This document shows positions 24,170-36,545 of a stretch of DNA of 64,000 bases, piece by piece (position 1 is the first letter of the stretch; each line of letters starts with the position of its first letter). The position numbers and the translations under genes are program-made. The DNA comes from Macrostomum lignano (Eukaryota). The stretch spans positions 62,001-126,000 of the forward strand of contig NIVC01001098.1 of assembly GCA_002269645.1 (NCBI GenBank), in the 5' to 3' direction. Under the pieces are notes generated by a model. That model had not been told where the DNA came from and made no database searches. It worked only from the letters and a program-made list of their open reading frames with translations.

Positions 24170-26065
24170 TGTAAAAATCATAGAAGCGTCATGTAAAAAA
24201 TCATAGAAGCGTCATGTAAAAAATCATAGAAGCGTCATGTAAAAATCATAGAAGCGTCATGTAAACAATCATAGAAGCGTCATGTCAAAATCATAGAAGC
24301 GTCATGTAAACAATCATAGAAGCGTCATGAAACAATCATAGAAGCGTCATGTAAACAATCATAGAAGCGTCATATAAGCAATCATAGAAGCGTCATGTAA
24401 AAATCATAGAAGCGTCATATAAGCAATCATAGAAGCGTCATATAAGCAATCATAGAAGCGTCATGTAAAAATCATAGAAGCGTCATGTAAACAATCATAG
24501 AAGCGTCATATAAACAATCATAGAAGCGTCATGTAAAAATCATAGAAGCGTCATGTAAAATCATAGAATCGTCCTGCCAAAATCGTAGAAGCGTCATGTA
24601 AAAAATCATAGAAGCGTCATGTAAAAATCATAGAAGCGTCATGTAAAATCATAGAATCGTCCTGCCAAAATCGTAGAAGCGTCATGTAAAAAATCCTTGA
24701 AGCGTCATGTAAACAATCATAGAAGCGTCATGTAAACAATCATAGAAGCGTCATGTAAACAATCATAGAAGCGTCATGTAAACAATCCTAGAAGCGTTAT
24801 GTAAACAATCCTAGAAGCGTCATGTAAACAATCATAGAAGCGTCATGTAAACAATCCTAGAAGCGTCATGTAAACAATCATAGAAGCGTCATGTAAACAA
24901 TCATAGAAGCGTCATGTAAACAATCATAGAAGCGCCATGTAAAAATCAAAAAAAACGTCATGTAAACAATCATTCAAGCGTCATTTAAACAATCATAGAA
25001 GCGTCATGTAAACAAGCATAGAAGAATGTAAACAATCATAGAAGCGTCATGTAAAAATCATAGAAGCGTCATGAAACAATCATAGAAGCGTCATGTAAAA
25101 AATCATAAAAGCGTCATGTAAAAATCGTAGAAGCGTCATGTAAAAATCATAGAAGCGTCATGTAAAATCGTAGAATCGTCCTGTCAAAATCGTAGAAGCG
25201 TCATGTAAAAAATCATAGAAGCGTCATGTAAAAATCATAGAAGCGTCCTGTAAAATCATAGAATCGTCCTGCCAAAATCGTAGAAGCGTCATGTAAAAAA
25301 TCATCAAAGCGTCATGTAAAAAATCATAAAAGCGTCATGTAAAAATCATAGTAGCGTCATGTAAAAAATCATAGAAGCGTCATGTAAAAATCGTAGAAGC
25401 GTCATGTAAAAATCATAGAAGCGTTATGTAAAAATGATAGAAGCGTCATATAAAAAATCATAGAAGCGTCATGTAAAAAATCATAGAAGCGTCATGTAAA
25501 AAATCATAGAAGCGTCATGTAAACAATCATAGAAGCGTCATGTAATGAATTATAGAAGCGTCATGTAAAAAATCATAGAAGCGTCATGTAAACAATCATA
25601 GAAGCGTCATGTAAAAAATCATAGAAGCGTCATGTAATGAATCATAGAAGCGTCATTTAAAAAAGCATAGAAGCGTCATGTAAAAAATCATAGAAGCGTC
25701 ATGTAAAAATCATAGAAGCGTCATGTAAAAAATCATAGAAGCGTCATGTAAACAATCATAGAAGCGTCATGTAAAAAATCGTAGAAGCATCATTTAAAAA
25801 TCATAAAAAGCGTTATTTAAAAAAATCATAGAAGCGTCATGTAAACAATCAGAGAAGCGTCATGTAAACAATCATAGAAGCGTCATGTAAAAAATCATAG
25901 AAGCGTCATGTAAAAATTATAGAAGCGTCAAGAAAAAGTCATAGAAGCGTCATGTAAAAAATCATAGAAGCGTCATGTAAAAATTATAGAAGCGTCAAGA
26001 AAAAGTCATAGAAGCGTCATGTTAAAATCATAGAAGCGTCATGAAAAAATCATAGAAGCCTCATT
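24170..26065. repeat. 22-23-bp minisatellite, right part of the H4 array
   Basis: About 80 copies of CATGTAAAAAATCATAGAAGCGT and variants. Confidence 0.97.
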
Positions 26066-26977
26066 TAAAAACTAAGGAAAGTGTCATTTAAAAAATTAAG
26101 AAGCATCATGGTAGAATAAAAGAAGCGTCATGTCATACATGAAGGGTGTCATGTAAAAATAAATGCAGCTATAATGCTGTGCTGGGGAGAAAAACTGAGA
26201 CGTCAAGGCTCTCAGAGAATAACTGAGATTACGGGGGGGTTGCTGAGATGTCAAAGCAAAAGTCAGAAGCTACTTCAAAGTTCATGTACTTTACTCAATT
26301 TTTTTATTACATTCTTTGTTGGCTTGCCACGGGGGGGGGTCGCTGATAGTAGAAGAGTCATGTAAAAAATAAAAGTAGCACTATGTATACATAAAAGAAA
26401 AGTCATGTCGAAGTTAAAAGATTCATTTGGGAATTGCTATGATGTCAAAGCTTGGAGGGAATCGTTACAGTGCTGTGATTCTTAAAGAAAGAATCACTAA
26501 AATGTCAAGGCTTAGGGGAGAAGAATTGCTGAGATTCAAGGCTTTAGGTTGGGTTAAGTTAGGTTTAGGTCAGGTGTGGGTTGAGGGTTATATTTTATTG
26601 GGTTTCAAGGTTAATGGGGGATTTTTCAGATTTCAAGGTTTATGGAGGCCATCGCTGACATGTCAAGGCTTACGGGGGGAATAGCTGAGATGTCAAGGCT
26701 CACGGGGGTATAAATGAGATTTCAAAGCTAAAGTCAGAAGCTACATGTAAACAATCATGTAAAGTTTATTGAAAACTTTTTATTACATTATTTGATGCCT
26801 CCTCAGGGGAGGGATCGCTGATAAAAAAAGCGTAATGTAAAAAATAAAAGAAGCTTCATGTCGAAGTTAAGAGATTCATTTGGGAATCCCTACGATGTCG
26901 AGGCTTGCAGGAAATCGCTATAATGCTGTAGCAGTGCTTTAATGACTCTTAGAGAGAATTACTGAAATGTCAATGCT

Positions 26978-27033
26978 TTAGGGTTAGGTTAGGGTTAGGG
27001 TTAGGGTTAGGGTTAGGCTAGGGTTAGGGTTAG
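26978..27033 (+). repeat. Interstitial telomeric repeat (TTAGGG)n within the H4 tail
   Basis: About 9 imperfect copies. Confidence 0.93.
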
Positions 27034-27699
27034 AAGGTTGACAGATTTTTTAGATTTCCAAGGCTTATTGGGGGCATTGCTGAGATGTCAAGGGGGGGAG
27101 TTGATATGTTAAAGCTTGTGGTGGGGAATTACTGACATGTCAAGGCTTACAAGGTTTGACAGGAGATTTTCTAAGATTTCAAGGATACATGTAGCTTATT
27201 AAAAAAACGTGTAGCTATTGCATTTCTTTGGCTCCCCAACGGGGGGCGTAGATTGCTAGTATTTAATCTCAATATTATCTCCAGCCAATCACTCAATATG
27301 AAAATCAGTCTATAGCCCATGCACCTCCCCAAATGCACAGGGAGAGTCTAGGCTTGTGCATTGCACAGTCAGAATTGAAATTAATGAAACCCCTCCTCAG
27401 CCACTTAACGTTTTCACAATTGAAATCAAGAAATTTTCTATGACAAATTGCTCTGATGCAGTTGAGATTTCGGAACAGAAAATTATACCATTCTGTTCAG
27501 TTTTTCAAACTCTTTCCAACGGTGTGATTCACTTTTCTGTAGCTTGAAAATTAAAAGCAGAAATTAAGGTGCAAGTTTTCCCGTTTCTTACTTGCAGAGC
27601 GCAATGTACACTCTGTGATGAGTTAAAAAATCAAGCCATCCATTCTCGCGCAGTGTGCACCTTCACCCCTTTTTAACACTGAGCAAGTAGGCCGCCAAT

Positions 27700-28044
27700 T
27701 CTCAAGTGCCGGCGACCCTCCCCCAGCTGAAATGAAATACACTGCAGAGATAGGAGAAAAGTTGTGGCGCAACCATACAAAATAGCGTCAAGTGGGAAGT
27801 CCATGGAATGCGATATATAGACATCTGGTCTGGCTGTCTGGTTTGTGCTGTTTTCTGCTTTTTTGAAGCACTTAAAATTGAAATTTGAAAATGAATTTTA
27901 AATTGTAGCATCGTCGGGACATTTGACATGTTTTGGTACCGGTTTGAAAGTTGAGTTGCAAGAATCCTAGGAGGAGATCGTCGACAAACCCGGCCCACCG
28001 GCCCACCCTACCACCGGACCACGACGTCAGCTTTAGTATATAGA
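27700..28044 (-). mobile_element. Possible 5' end of another Helitron family (3' end not found)
   Basis: A|TCTATATACTAAAG at 28044 on the minus strand, matching the TC-TATATACTAAA start of the other elements. The left boundary is arbitrary. Confidence 0.4.
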
Positions 28045-29639
28045 TAAAGAGAGATATCAACGCCAGGCCAATATTTTCTAATGTATTCGCTGCATTCTAG
28101 TTTGCATCGGTACTTACTCTTGTAATTAGGCTCGTGCGCTTTGTAATAAGAACCTGGAGAGACAACTGGAAACATTTTTAGAGAAAATTTAATTTTTTTT
28201 CAAAGGGTAAGGACCCTGGGTTGATGATTTAAAGTCTTAGGGATCTGGTTTCAACGCTTCGCGTTGCGAATTGAATGTGGGGAGAAGAATGCAGATTTTT
28301 TTCTGATTGTTTCGAAGATGCTATGGGTGGATGTTAGTGGATGATGTAGGACACTTGTTATGCTCTGATTCTGTCGTGGAGGAAGGAGGATAGGTTAAGA
28401 GGATTATGGATGACGTTTTGTGAGCGAGTGCGACACCTGTTATGCTCTGATTCTGTCAGGGATAATATGGATGGATTTAATGGAATTACGGAGGACGTTT
28501 TTTGAGCGAGTGCGACCCCCCTTTTTTTCTGATTCTGTGGGGGATAATATGGATGGATTTAATGGGATTATGGAGGATGTGAAAAATTTTGTCCCAAAAG
28601 CCCCCTCATGCCTTCTACTGGTGTGCTTCAACTTGGCTCGCGAATCTTGCACTATGGCTCTCTAGTGGAAAGTACTCTTACTTGTGCTGGTTGCGGGTGA
28701 TTGTAAGGCTTTCTGCTTGACTTCTTTAGTTTACTTGATGGATAAATGAGGAGTGGGAGCTGACGCACCTACCTCGGGGGGAGGAATGCAGCCCCGCGGT
28801 CTGATGCCGCGCTTTCTGTTACCCCTCTCAGTCCGCACTGTATTTGGTCTCCGCTAGGATCACCCCTTGGTGTTAAGAGTGGGCGGGCCCTTTGTACTCG
28901 ACCCTGGGTTAAAAACTCGCATTTGGAGGCTCTGGGGAGAGTTGCAGTGGAGTTCAACAAATTTCTGATAAGATCTCTTGCGGGGGCGCGACACTCGTCT
29001 CGAAATAATAAAAACCTGAACAAGTGCTGGATGCCCTTACTAGTTGGCGGGTTGTTACCTCTACAATTGTGCACTATTTCTGTCAATATTTTCCCCCTGC
29101 ATTATGTCAATATGTGCTACAGTGTGTCATAATATGATACTTTACGCACTAATATGTATCATAATAATTTTCCTGCATTATGCCTGCTTCTGCCTCTACG
29201 ATGTGTGTATTTTAGCCTATGCATCTACATAATTCGAATCTTACAGTGTGTGCATAAGCACCTGCATTATACTTGTATCTACTGTGTGTATGTGTATTTC
29301 AACCTATGTTTTACAATATACTAGCATCTAAAAGCGCCTACTACACTAATGAGTAGGTGCTGTGTATTACACCTACTATTTTGTCTATTTCACCTACTTT
29401 TCTGCCAAAATATCGATAAAATGCACCTACATTGTGTGTTTTTTTGCTGCCCATATGCTTAATTCTATATGTCCGTACACCTATATGTTTCGTAATATGT
29501 ATTATGCACCGACATTTACACCTACTGATGTGATTAATATGTGTTTTGCTTACTTTTTATGTAAATATACGCAATTTCGCCTACTATAAGTAGTTTTCAC
29601 TAGCCTAATTTTGTGTTAATAGGTATTGTTGATTACAAA

Positions 29640-29960
29640 TCGGTGTACACACATATCGGGAGAGTGTAAACTCATATCGGGAGAGTGTACACTCATATTG
29701 GGAGAGGGTACACTTGTATTGGAAGAGTGTACACTCATATTGGAAGAGTGTACCATCGGCTCGGGAGGGGGCGCCCGCGGCGTACATTTCGGGGGGCCCG
29801 GACGGCGCTTGGCACCTGTGGCTCGAGTGCCATATGGTAGGGTGTACATGTGGGAGACATGTCGGTGGGGTCGCCTGCGACATACATGTTGGGGTACATG
29901 TCATGAGGGTCGCCTGCGGCATACATGTCGGGAGGGTTGCCTGCATCATACATATCGGGG
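29640..29960. repeat. 21-bp / ~28-bp composite minisatellite (CATATCGGGAGAGTGTACACT family)
   Basis: Tandem copies; paralogous to 32245-32630. Confidence 0.85.
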
Positions 29961-31129
29961 CGCCTGGACGGGGCTCGAGTGGTGTACTCTTTGTGTGAAT
30001 GTATTCTTGGTGTGTAACTCCTGACCATCCCTTCCCTCCGGGAGCACTGCAAGTAGACTAGTATGGCTTGGTATTTGGAGTTGGCGTGTGTACGTAATAT
30101 ACTCTTTGTAATATTTACCGGACCTGGGTTGGTAAGGTCTAATAACATATAAATGACTACTGCTAACTAGTTGACGCATCTGGATGGTGTGATAAAAACT
30201 AGTAACGTACCGAGATTTCGAGAGAAATCCTAGCACAATACTGTTCTGTCTGGCATGTGGAAAAGTAATTGCCCCGCCTTCGCTTACTCATACTGCACAC
30301 AAATAAAGCTTATCTCTACTAGCAATCTGTTCGTGGTGGTTTAGAAGGATACTGTCTTCCTGTATATAGCTCTCTATCCCTTCATCACTCGTAATAACTT
30401 CATAAATGCTCGCTTGACCAATGGCTGGTACTGAACTAATAATTCATACGATACATAGTTACTTTCTAACTCCGTACAGCTCACAAGTTTCTACTCTCTA
30501 CCTTATCAGTAACATTAAAATAAAAAAGATAAAATTTGCTGGTTTTGTGCCTTGTTTGCTTACTTTTCTATTAAAATACTTGCGGTTTATAATGGAAAAT
30601 GTCTGCTTTTTATTCAATTTTAAGTGGTTTGAAGGTTTATTTTTGCTAAAATGCCTGGTTTCTTATAAAAATTTCTACTCTCGACAATGATTGTGTCAGC
30701 TATTTCATTAAAATAACCTACTTTTTGAATAAAACGTTGTACTTAAGCCCCTAGTTTTTTTCAAAACATAATGGAAACCCTCTCAACGCCCTTGGAACCT
30801 CCTCAAGCAGCTTACATAGAGCATGCAGACCCCGAAACCCCCTCTAGTGTGCCCTGATTTCAGCGGTCTAACGGTTAACATCTGTATTTTTACACTATAT
30901 TTTCCTTCATACAGCAATACAGGAGGGTTTGGAAGAGTGAGTCTGGCGGGAGAGGGGGCTTGTGGGGTGATGAGGATGCGTACACACAGTTTAGCCTGTT
31001 TTAGCTTACCTTTTGGGCTAATATACTTACTATTATTACTACTATTATACCTACTATGTACATACTACCCACTATTAAATATGTTGCACTAAACCAACTT
31101 TTGATAATACATAGCGTGTTTTGGTCGAT

Positions 31130-32160
31130 TCTCCCTCACGTCTCTGTCCCTACACATGTGCTCTGCTCGCTTTGTTCTCTGTTTGTGTACCTCTCTGTAA
31201 CGTCTCTGTACGCTCAGACTGGTTTCTCCGTCCCCGCACGCACCTCTACTAAAGTTTGCTGTTACCTACCCCTACACACTGCTCTCTGTCTCCCTCCGCG
31301 CACACCTCTCTGGCCTTGCATGCAACTTGCATGTCTACTCCCCTGTCCTGCCCTCGCGTGGGTCCCTGTCTATACATGGCTACCTGACCCTACCTCTCTG
31401 TGCCTTGCTCGGAACTCTGTCCCAGGCCCCCTTCACACTTCTCTGTCCCGGGCTGCAACTGGCTGACACGCACCTCTCTGTTCCCCAGCCTGCGTGGCTG
31501 CCTACCCCTGCACACTGCTCTCTGTCCCTCCTCTCCGCGCCTCTCTATCATCCTATTCCTGCAGCTGACCGTGCCGTTCAGCTCTGTCCACGCACGGCTC
31601 CACCCCTGCCCGTGTCTCACTGTACCGCCCTGTGTGGCTCCCTTACCCAGCGCGTTTGCTTCCTATCTCCCTCCTGCTCCATATGTTTCTGTTCCCTCAC
31701 ACTACGCACGCGTGGCCGGCTCTCTGTCCATACACATCTCTGCTCCTCCACTCTATCCTTGCGTGGCCCCTTGACTGTTCGCGTGCCCCTGCATACCCTG
31801 CCTGCCTCTCTGTCCCCTGCAACTGGGGAGGGAGCTCTCTATCCTCTGTACGGCTCTCTCTGTGGGGGTGTGTGACTCACACTGTCTCTCTGTCCTAGCA
31901 TGCGCCTCTCTATCCGGCTCCTGCAGCAGGCTGTGTTATTCACATCTCTTTCCACCCACCCTCTGCCCGTACACGCTCACCGTACAGGGCTGCGTCAGCA
32001 TCGGGGTTAAAACTTCTCGCTCCCTATGCTTCAACAGTATAACAACCTAGTGGCCGTCTCTCTGTCCACCCACCCCTCTCTGCCCGTACATGCCTCTCTG
32101 TACAGGGCTGCGTCAGCGTTAAGGTTGAAACTTCTCGCTCCCTATACCCCACAACCGTGT
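31130..32160. repeat. Degenerate CT-rich repeat (CTCTCTGTCCC motifs) ending in a ~110-bp direct duplication
   Basis: Recurrent CTCTCTGT motifs; 31955-32065 resembles 32068-32170. Confidence 0.6.
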
Positions 32161-32244
32161 AGTGGCCTAGTATGGGCGCGACCTGGGTTCGATTTCGCTA
32201 GTTAAGATGTGGGTGAGAGAGGGGAAGAGGCACATATCGTTGAC

Positions 32245-32630
32245 TACATATCGGTGTACACGCATATCGGGAGAGTGTACGCACGTATTGGGAGAGTGTA
32301 CACTTATGTCGGGAGAGTGTACACACTTATCGGGAGAGTGTACCTCTGGCTCGGGAGGGTGTAAATATCGTGAGAGTGTACCTTTGGCTCGGGAGAGTGG
32401 GGTGCCTGCTGCATACATATCGGTGTACATATCGGGAGGGTGCGCCTGCTGCATACATATCGGGGTACATATCGGGAGGGTGCGCCTGCTGCATACATAT
32501 CGGGAGGGAGAGTGCGCATACATATCGGGAGGGTGTACATATCGGGAGGGTGCGCCTGCTGCATACATATCGGGAGGGAGAGTGCGCATACATATCGGGA
32601 GGGTGTACATATCGGGAGGGTGCGCCTGCG
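32245..32630. repeat. 21-bp plus 28-bp composite minisatellite (ATACATATCGGGAGGGTGCGCCTGCTGC)
   Basis: Tandem copies; explains the PPDMY / HIGRV ORFs. Confidence 0.9.
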
Positions 32631-32768
32631 GCATGGGCACCTGATTGGCGCCACGCGCCTGCGGCGCGCGCGCGCGCCAGCCAATGAGAGGCGAGGTGGG
32701 TTGACACCCACCCCACCTCCAAAACCGACGGAAAAATGCGTCCATAGTAGTAACCAGACTGTACATAC

Positions 32769-33390
32769 CTCGGAACAGTCGGACGCGCGTTTCTATTGGC
32801 ATGCGCATTTGCAGTTGCTAACTGGGCTGCATCAGTCAAACTGATGTTGTCGACGTCGTCGTCATACAAATTTGGCAATGAGCTACCAATAGACGAGGAG
32901 TCAATCGCCGCCGCCTGTGTCGCAGTCGCTGCAGTCGAAGTCGCCGCATTCGCCGACGCCGCATTTGCCGATACAACTAAATGCGTTGACCTCGATCTCA
33001 TCACCGCCGCATTCACCGCTGCTGCCGCCGCAGTCGCTGTTTGTACCGCTGTTTTTTGCGAACTAACGGCGCTGCTAGAGGCACTGCCGCTGCTGCTGCT
33101 GCTGCTATGCAATCTAGTCCGACTTGGTACACCGCGGACGGACGATTTGGTCCGAATGGGCGCGCCTATTGTACTGGACGCGTCAGACTGCTGCTGTTGC
33201 TGCTGCGTATCGTCTGGCGACTGTCCAGTGTGCCGTTGCTGTGGCGGCGGAACTGCGATCGACAACTGGGACGATGAAGATGTATCCGAGACAACTTCGC
33301 AATCGGAGCGCCTCATCTGTTGACGTCGCCTTTTACGACACGGTTTGTTTGTCTGCGAAGCAAACGACGCGCCATCTTGAACACGCGGTC
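32769..33390 (-). CDS. Putative internal exon of a low-complexity nuclear protein (basic KPCRKRRR, Ser/Ala/Gln-rich)
   Basis: Acceptor CCCAG|GA at 33390, donor GAG|GTATGT at 32769, open frame PRVQDGASFASQTNKPCRKRRRQQMRRSDC...NARPTVPR. Phase-compatible with the upstream donor at 33653. Confidence 0.5.
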
Positions 33391-33476
33391 CTGGGATAGA
33401 TAGTTATTTATAAAAAAGTGCACTAATTTATACATTTAAAGCATACAATAATTGTTTCATTAAACCAGTCAACCAG

Positions 33477-33477
<1 letters not shown>

Positions 33478-33556
<79 letters not shown>

Positions 33557-33557
33557 A

Positions 33558-33595
<38 letters not shown>
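33478..33595. repeat. (TCAA)n microsatellite in the predicted intron 33391-33652
   Basis: Direct reading of the sequence. Confidence 0.95.
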
Positions 33596-33652
33596 GTTGA
33601 CTTCATTAAGCTTAGATATATCGACGATAAAATATAATCGCTTTCTACTTAC

Positions 33653-34396
33653 TCTTACTGTCATTATTGTGGGCCGAGTCTATATCGCACATGACGTCAT
33701 CGTTGAATAACAGCTGACTGTTGCTAATCGACGAGATAGACGCATTGATATAGTCACTCGCCGCGGCTGACGCTTGTTTTGGAGTCGATGGCAACAATTC
33801 CGGTCGCATGTTCGTCCTCGTCAGTGGTGCTGTCACGCAACATAAACGGTGTATGAGCGGACACATCTGGCGTAGGAGTGTGCGACTTTGGCACTTTAGA
33901 CGGTTCAGCAGCAGCATCAGCATCAGCAGTATCAGCATCAGCAGTAGTAGAACTACCAGCAGCAGTAGAGCCATCACCATCAGCAGCAGACAGAGACTGG
34001 TTTAGCAAGACGATACGTTGATTGACATCGTCAGCGTTAACACAGTCTGTATTCGCAGCGTCGTTATTGGATGGACTGCTCGGCGCGGTCGTATACGAGT
34101 CCGGCGTCGACACGCGAGTATCAGCAGCAGTAGAAGCACCACCAGCAGCATCAACAGCAGCAGCAGCAGCAGTAAAAGCAGCAGCAACATCAGCAACAAC
34201 AACAACATTGACAGCATCGGCATCTAGATCGCAATCGGCAGCCGTATTGCACAATTCAATAGCAACATCTTGTTGTACATTGTTGGCGGCCGACGTACAT
34301 GTATCTGATGCATGCAATAGTTTTGCGTACAGGTCGTTTACGATGGTGTCTAGTCGATTCGCTGTAGCTCGCGTAGCACCATCTCCACAACCGGTA

Positions 34397-34455
<59 letters not shown>

Positions 34456-34552
34456 TGCGGTGCCACTCATACTAAGATCTAACGGTTGATCATAGAAGAC
34501 GGCAGCATCAGCAGCAGTAGCAGCATCACCAACAGTGTCGTTGTCGCCACCG

Positions 34553-34602
<50 letters not shown>

Positions 34603-34623
34603 ATTGTTGTTGATTCGTTGCAT
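33653..34623 (-). CDS. Putative first coding exon of a PLDLS-motif, poly-Asn/poly-Ala protein (possible CtBP-binding regulator); frame discontinuity near 33760-33980
   Basis: ATG at 34623, poly-N, PLDLS at 34471-34485, poly-A. The 289-aa frame stops at 33754, but the +1 frame (TPKQASAAASDY...HNNDSK) ends at a strong donor AAGA|GTAAGT that is in phase with the next exon. Confidence 0.5.
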
Positions 34624-35398
34624 ATTAAATGACTGATTAATTGACGATCGTCAATATCAAAAGTTTAGAAAATTAGAGCGATATAGCGAGCGAGAGAGAG
34701 AGAGAGAACGAGAGAGGGGGAGGATTCAGATTGATTAATCGAGCTTTAAGTAGAGGATTGATTTCAAAAACTAGTCAAAAATATGTTTATGTGTTAACAT
34801 AGTCTGATAATAAACTGTCTATTTTGTACAGTGTGCACTTGATAAATCGAGCGCGCATGTAACAAGGAGTTTTATAGCTAATATACTGGATTGGAATCTG
34901 GCTGTACTTTAATATGCAATACTATTTGCAAATATAGAATGCAACTGACTAACAGACAATAGTCTATGGTTCAACCTGCGATAATTCCTCCCCAGAGTGT
35001 ATATTATAGCATTCCATGAGTGTATGCGCACTGTATAGAAACTTGTGTCTTTGGGTGGAATGGAAATTTTTCAATTCTAAGCGTTCTAAGTACAGTTTAA
35101 ATTTGAAGGTCAAGTGAAATAGTATAGCTGCACTTGTATACTGAATCGATTAATGGTGTCTATGCCTTGTACTGATTTACTACTGCCTACAAGATTGCAT
35201 CAGACAGATTTCCAAGAAAGAAAGCAACCTGCTATTCCCCAGACAGATTAGCAGAGGGACACTTTGCGGTTTCCCCAGACAGATTTTCCAAGAAAGAAAT
35301 TCCGAGATAAGTTACCTCCTGAGACATCAACAATCAGGCCCCTCTAACCCTCCCTCCAAGATAAATTATCCACAGGCAGCATCATGCAGTTTATGAAG

Positions 35399-35416
35399 AC
35401 AGACAGACAGATAGAC

Positions 35417-35513
<97 letters not shown>

Positions 35514-35606
35514 TTAGAAATCAACATGCTATTCCTCGGACAGATTTTCCAAGAAAACTAAATGCGCTTTCCTTGGACAGAATGGCAGTGCGATGAGACA
35601 ATTTTG

Positions 35607-35662
<56 letters not shown>

Positions 35663-35665
35663 TGA
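35399..35665. repeat. Two (GACA)n microsatellites with a duplicated GACATTAGAAATCAACA flank
   Basis: 35399-35511 and 35608-35665. Confidence 0.92.
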
Positions 35666-35950
35666 CAGACATTAGAAATCAACAGGCCGTGAGACAGTTT
35701 GCGCAAACAGCAGCATACGTTTAATTAGACGAAATGGAAGAAAAAAATTTTTGTCAGCGAATTTTCTAAGTCAGAATTATTTTGTCATAGTTGTCATAGA
35801 CAGTTGCAGCGGACGCGAAATGAAGTCAATCTTATAGAAGCGAAGGTCTTTTTGTCATAGACAGTTGCAGCGGACGCGAAATCTCATTCCAGGCCCACAG
35901 ATCCTAAAAACACTGGATGTGCGAACTCAATATATAGATATACCATGGTA

Positions 35951-36014
35951 TCTATGCTTCCTAGGGCCGAAACGGCACAAATACGAGGGCCGTCCCGGCC
36001 CGAGGAAGCATAGA
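35951..36014. repeat. 19-bp inverted repeat (TCTATGCTTCCTAGGGCCG)
   Basis: Arms 35951-35969 and 35996-36014, 18/19 match. Confidence 0.8.
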
Positions 36015-36250
36015 CATATTTCTATTGTGTCATACTTCGCGGGCCACATCACTTCATTTTGGCCCGCTCCTAGATGCAGGGCTAAGCAAAGTATGCAGTT
36101 TTCGATATTCCATCTTTACCATAGACTATAATCCCGGGCCAAATCGTTGTTTCTGCCCGCAGCGTGGCTGAGTGCAAAAACTGGGGTGGGGGGCTTCGCC
36201 CCCACATTTTAACCATAGATAAAATTAACCAGAGTCTGACTACAGTTAAG

Positions 36251-36478
36251 TACACCTTTTCACGTTCAATTTTGAACAAAGTCCAGTTCTAAAAAAACTA
36301 GCGGAAATTCAATTCAGACAATTCAGACTGGGGCAACAAACCCCAGTTCAAAACATTCTGCTACGGAAGCGAGGTTTAGCCATAGACAAAATTGTCCCCA
36401 GTCTGAATTGTCTGAATTGAATTTCCGCTAGTTTTTTTAGAACTGGACTTTGTTCAAAATTGAACGTGAAAAGGTGTA
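36251..36478. repeat. 83-bp perfect inverted repeat with 62-bp spacer
   Basis: Arms 36251-36333 and 36396-36478 are exact reverse complements as read; the spacer contains CCATAGAC. Confidence 0.93.
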
Positions 36479-36545
36479 GTGGATATCAGAATTCTTTTCA
36501 TTCTGAATTTAACTTCGTTTTTGTGAACCTACTGAGCTAGAGAAA

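Larger units (their letters stand above)
10814..27259 (+). mobile_element. Host Helitron-like element H4 (~4.0 kb net: 10814-11761 plus 24170-27259), interrupted by a 12.4-kb nested stack
   Basis: 5' TCCTATATACTAAAAATG plus GTTT microsatellite. 3' hairpin CCCC-AAC-GGGG ... CTAG|T at 27259. Its 23-bp array breaks at GCGTCA(11761) and resumes at TGTAAAAATC (24170). The base before the 5' TC is T, not the usual A. Confidence 0.82.

Noticed and set aside
11418-26065. CRISPR array (23-bp repeats)
   Set aside because: Monomers are contiguous with no unique spacers, there are no cas genes, and the context is eukaryotic.
2995-27033. Chromosome end or telomere fusion
   Set aside because: The tracts are only 4-9 units long and sit at fixed internal positions of dispersed elements.
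29735-30148. Possible integrase relic (LDLTNPGP...YQAILVYL)
   Set aside because: The resemblance is too weak, with no further DDE motifs or element structure.
32700-32770. HTH/pogo-like domain in RYVQSGYYYGRIFPSVLE
   Set aside because: It lies downstream of a strong GTATGT donor, so it is probably intronic, and the similarity is not convincing.
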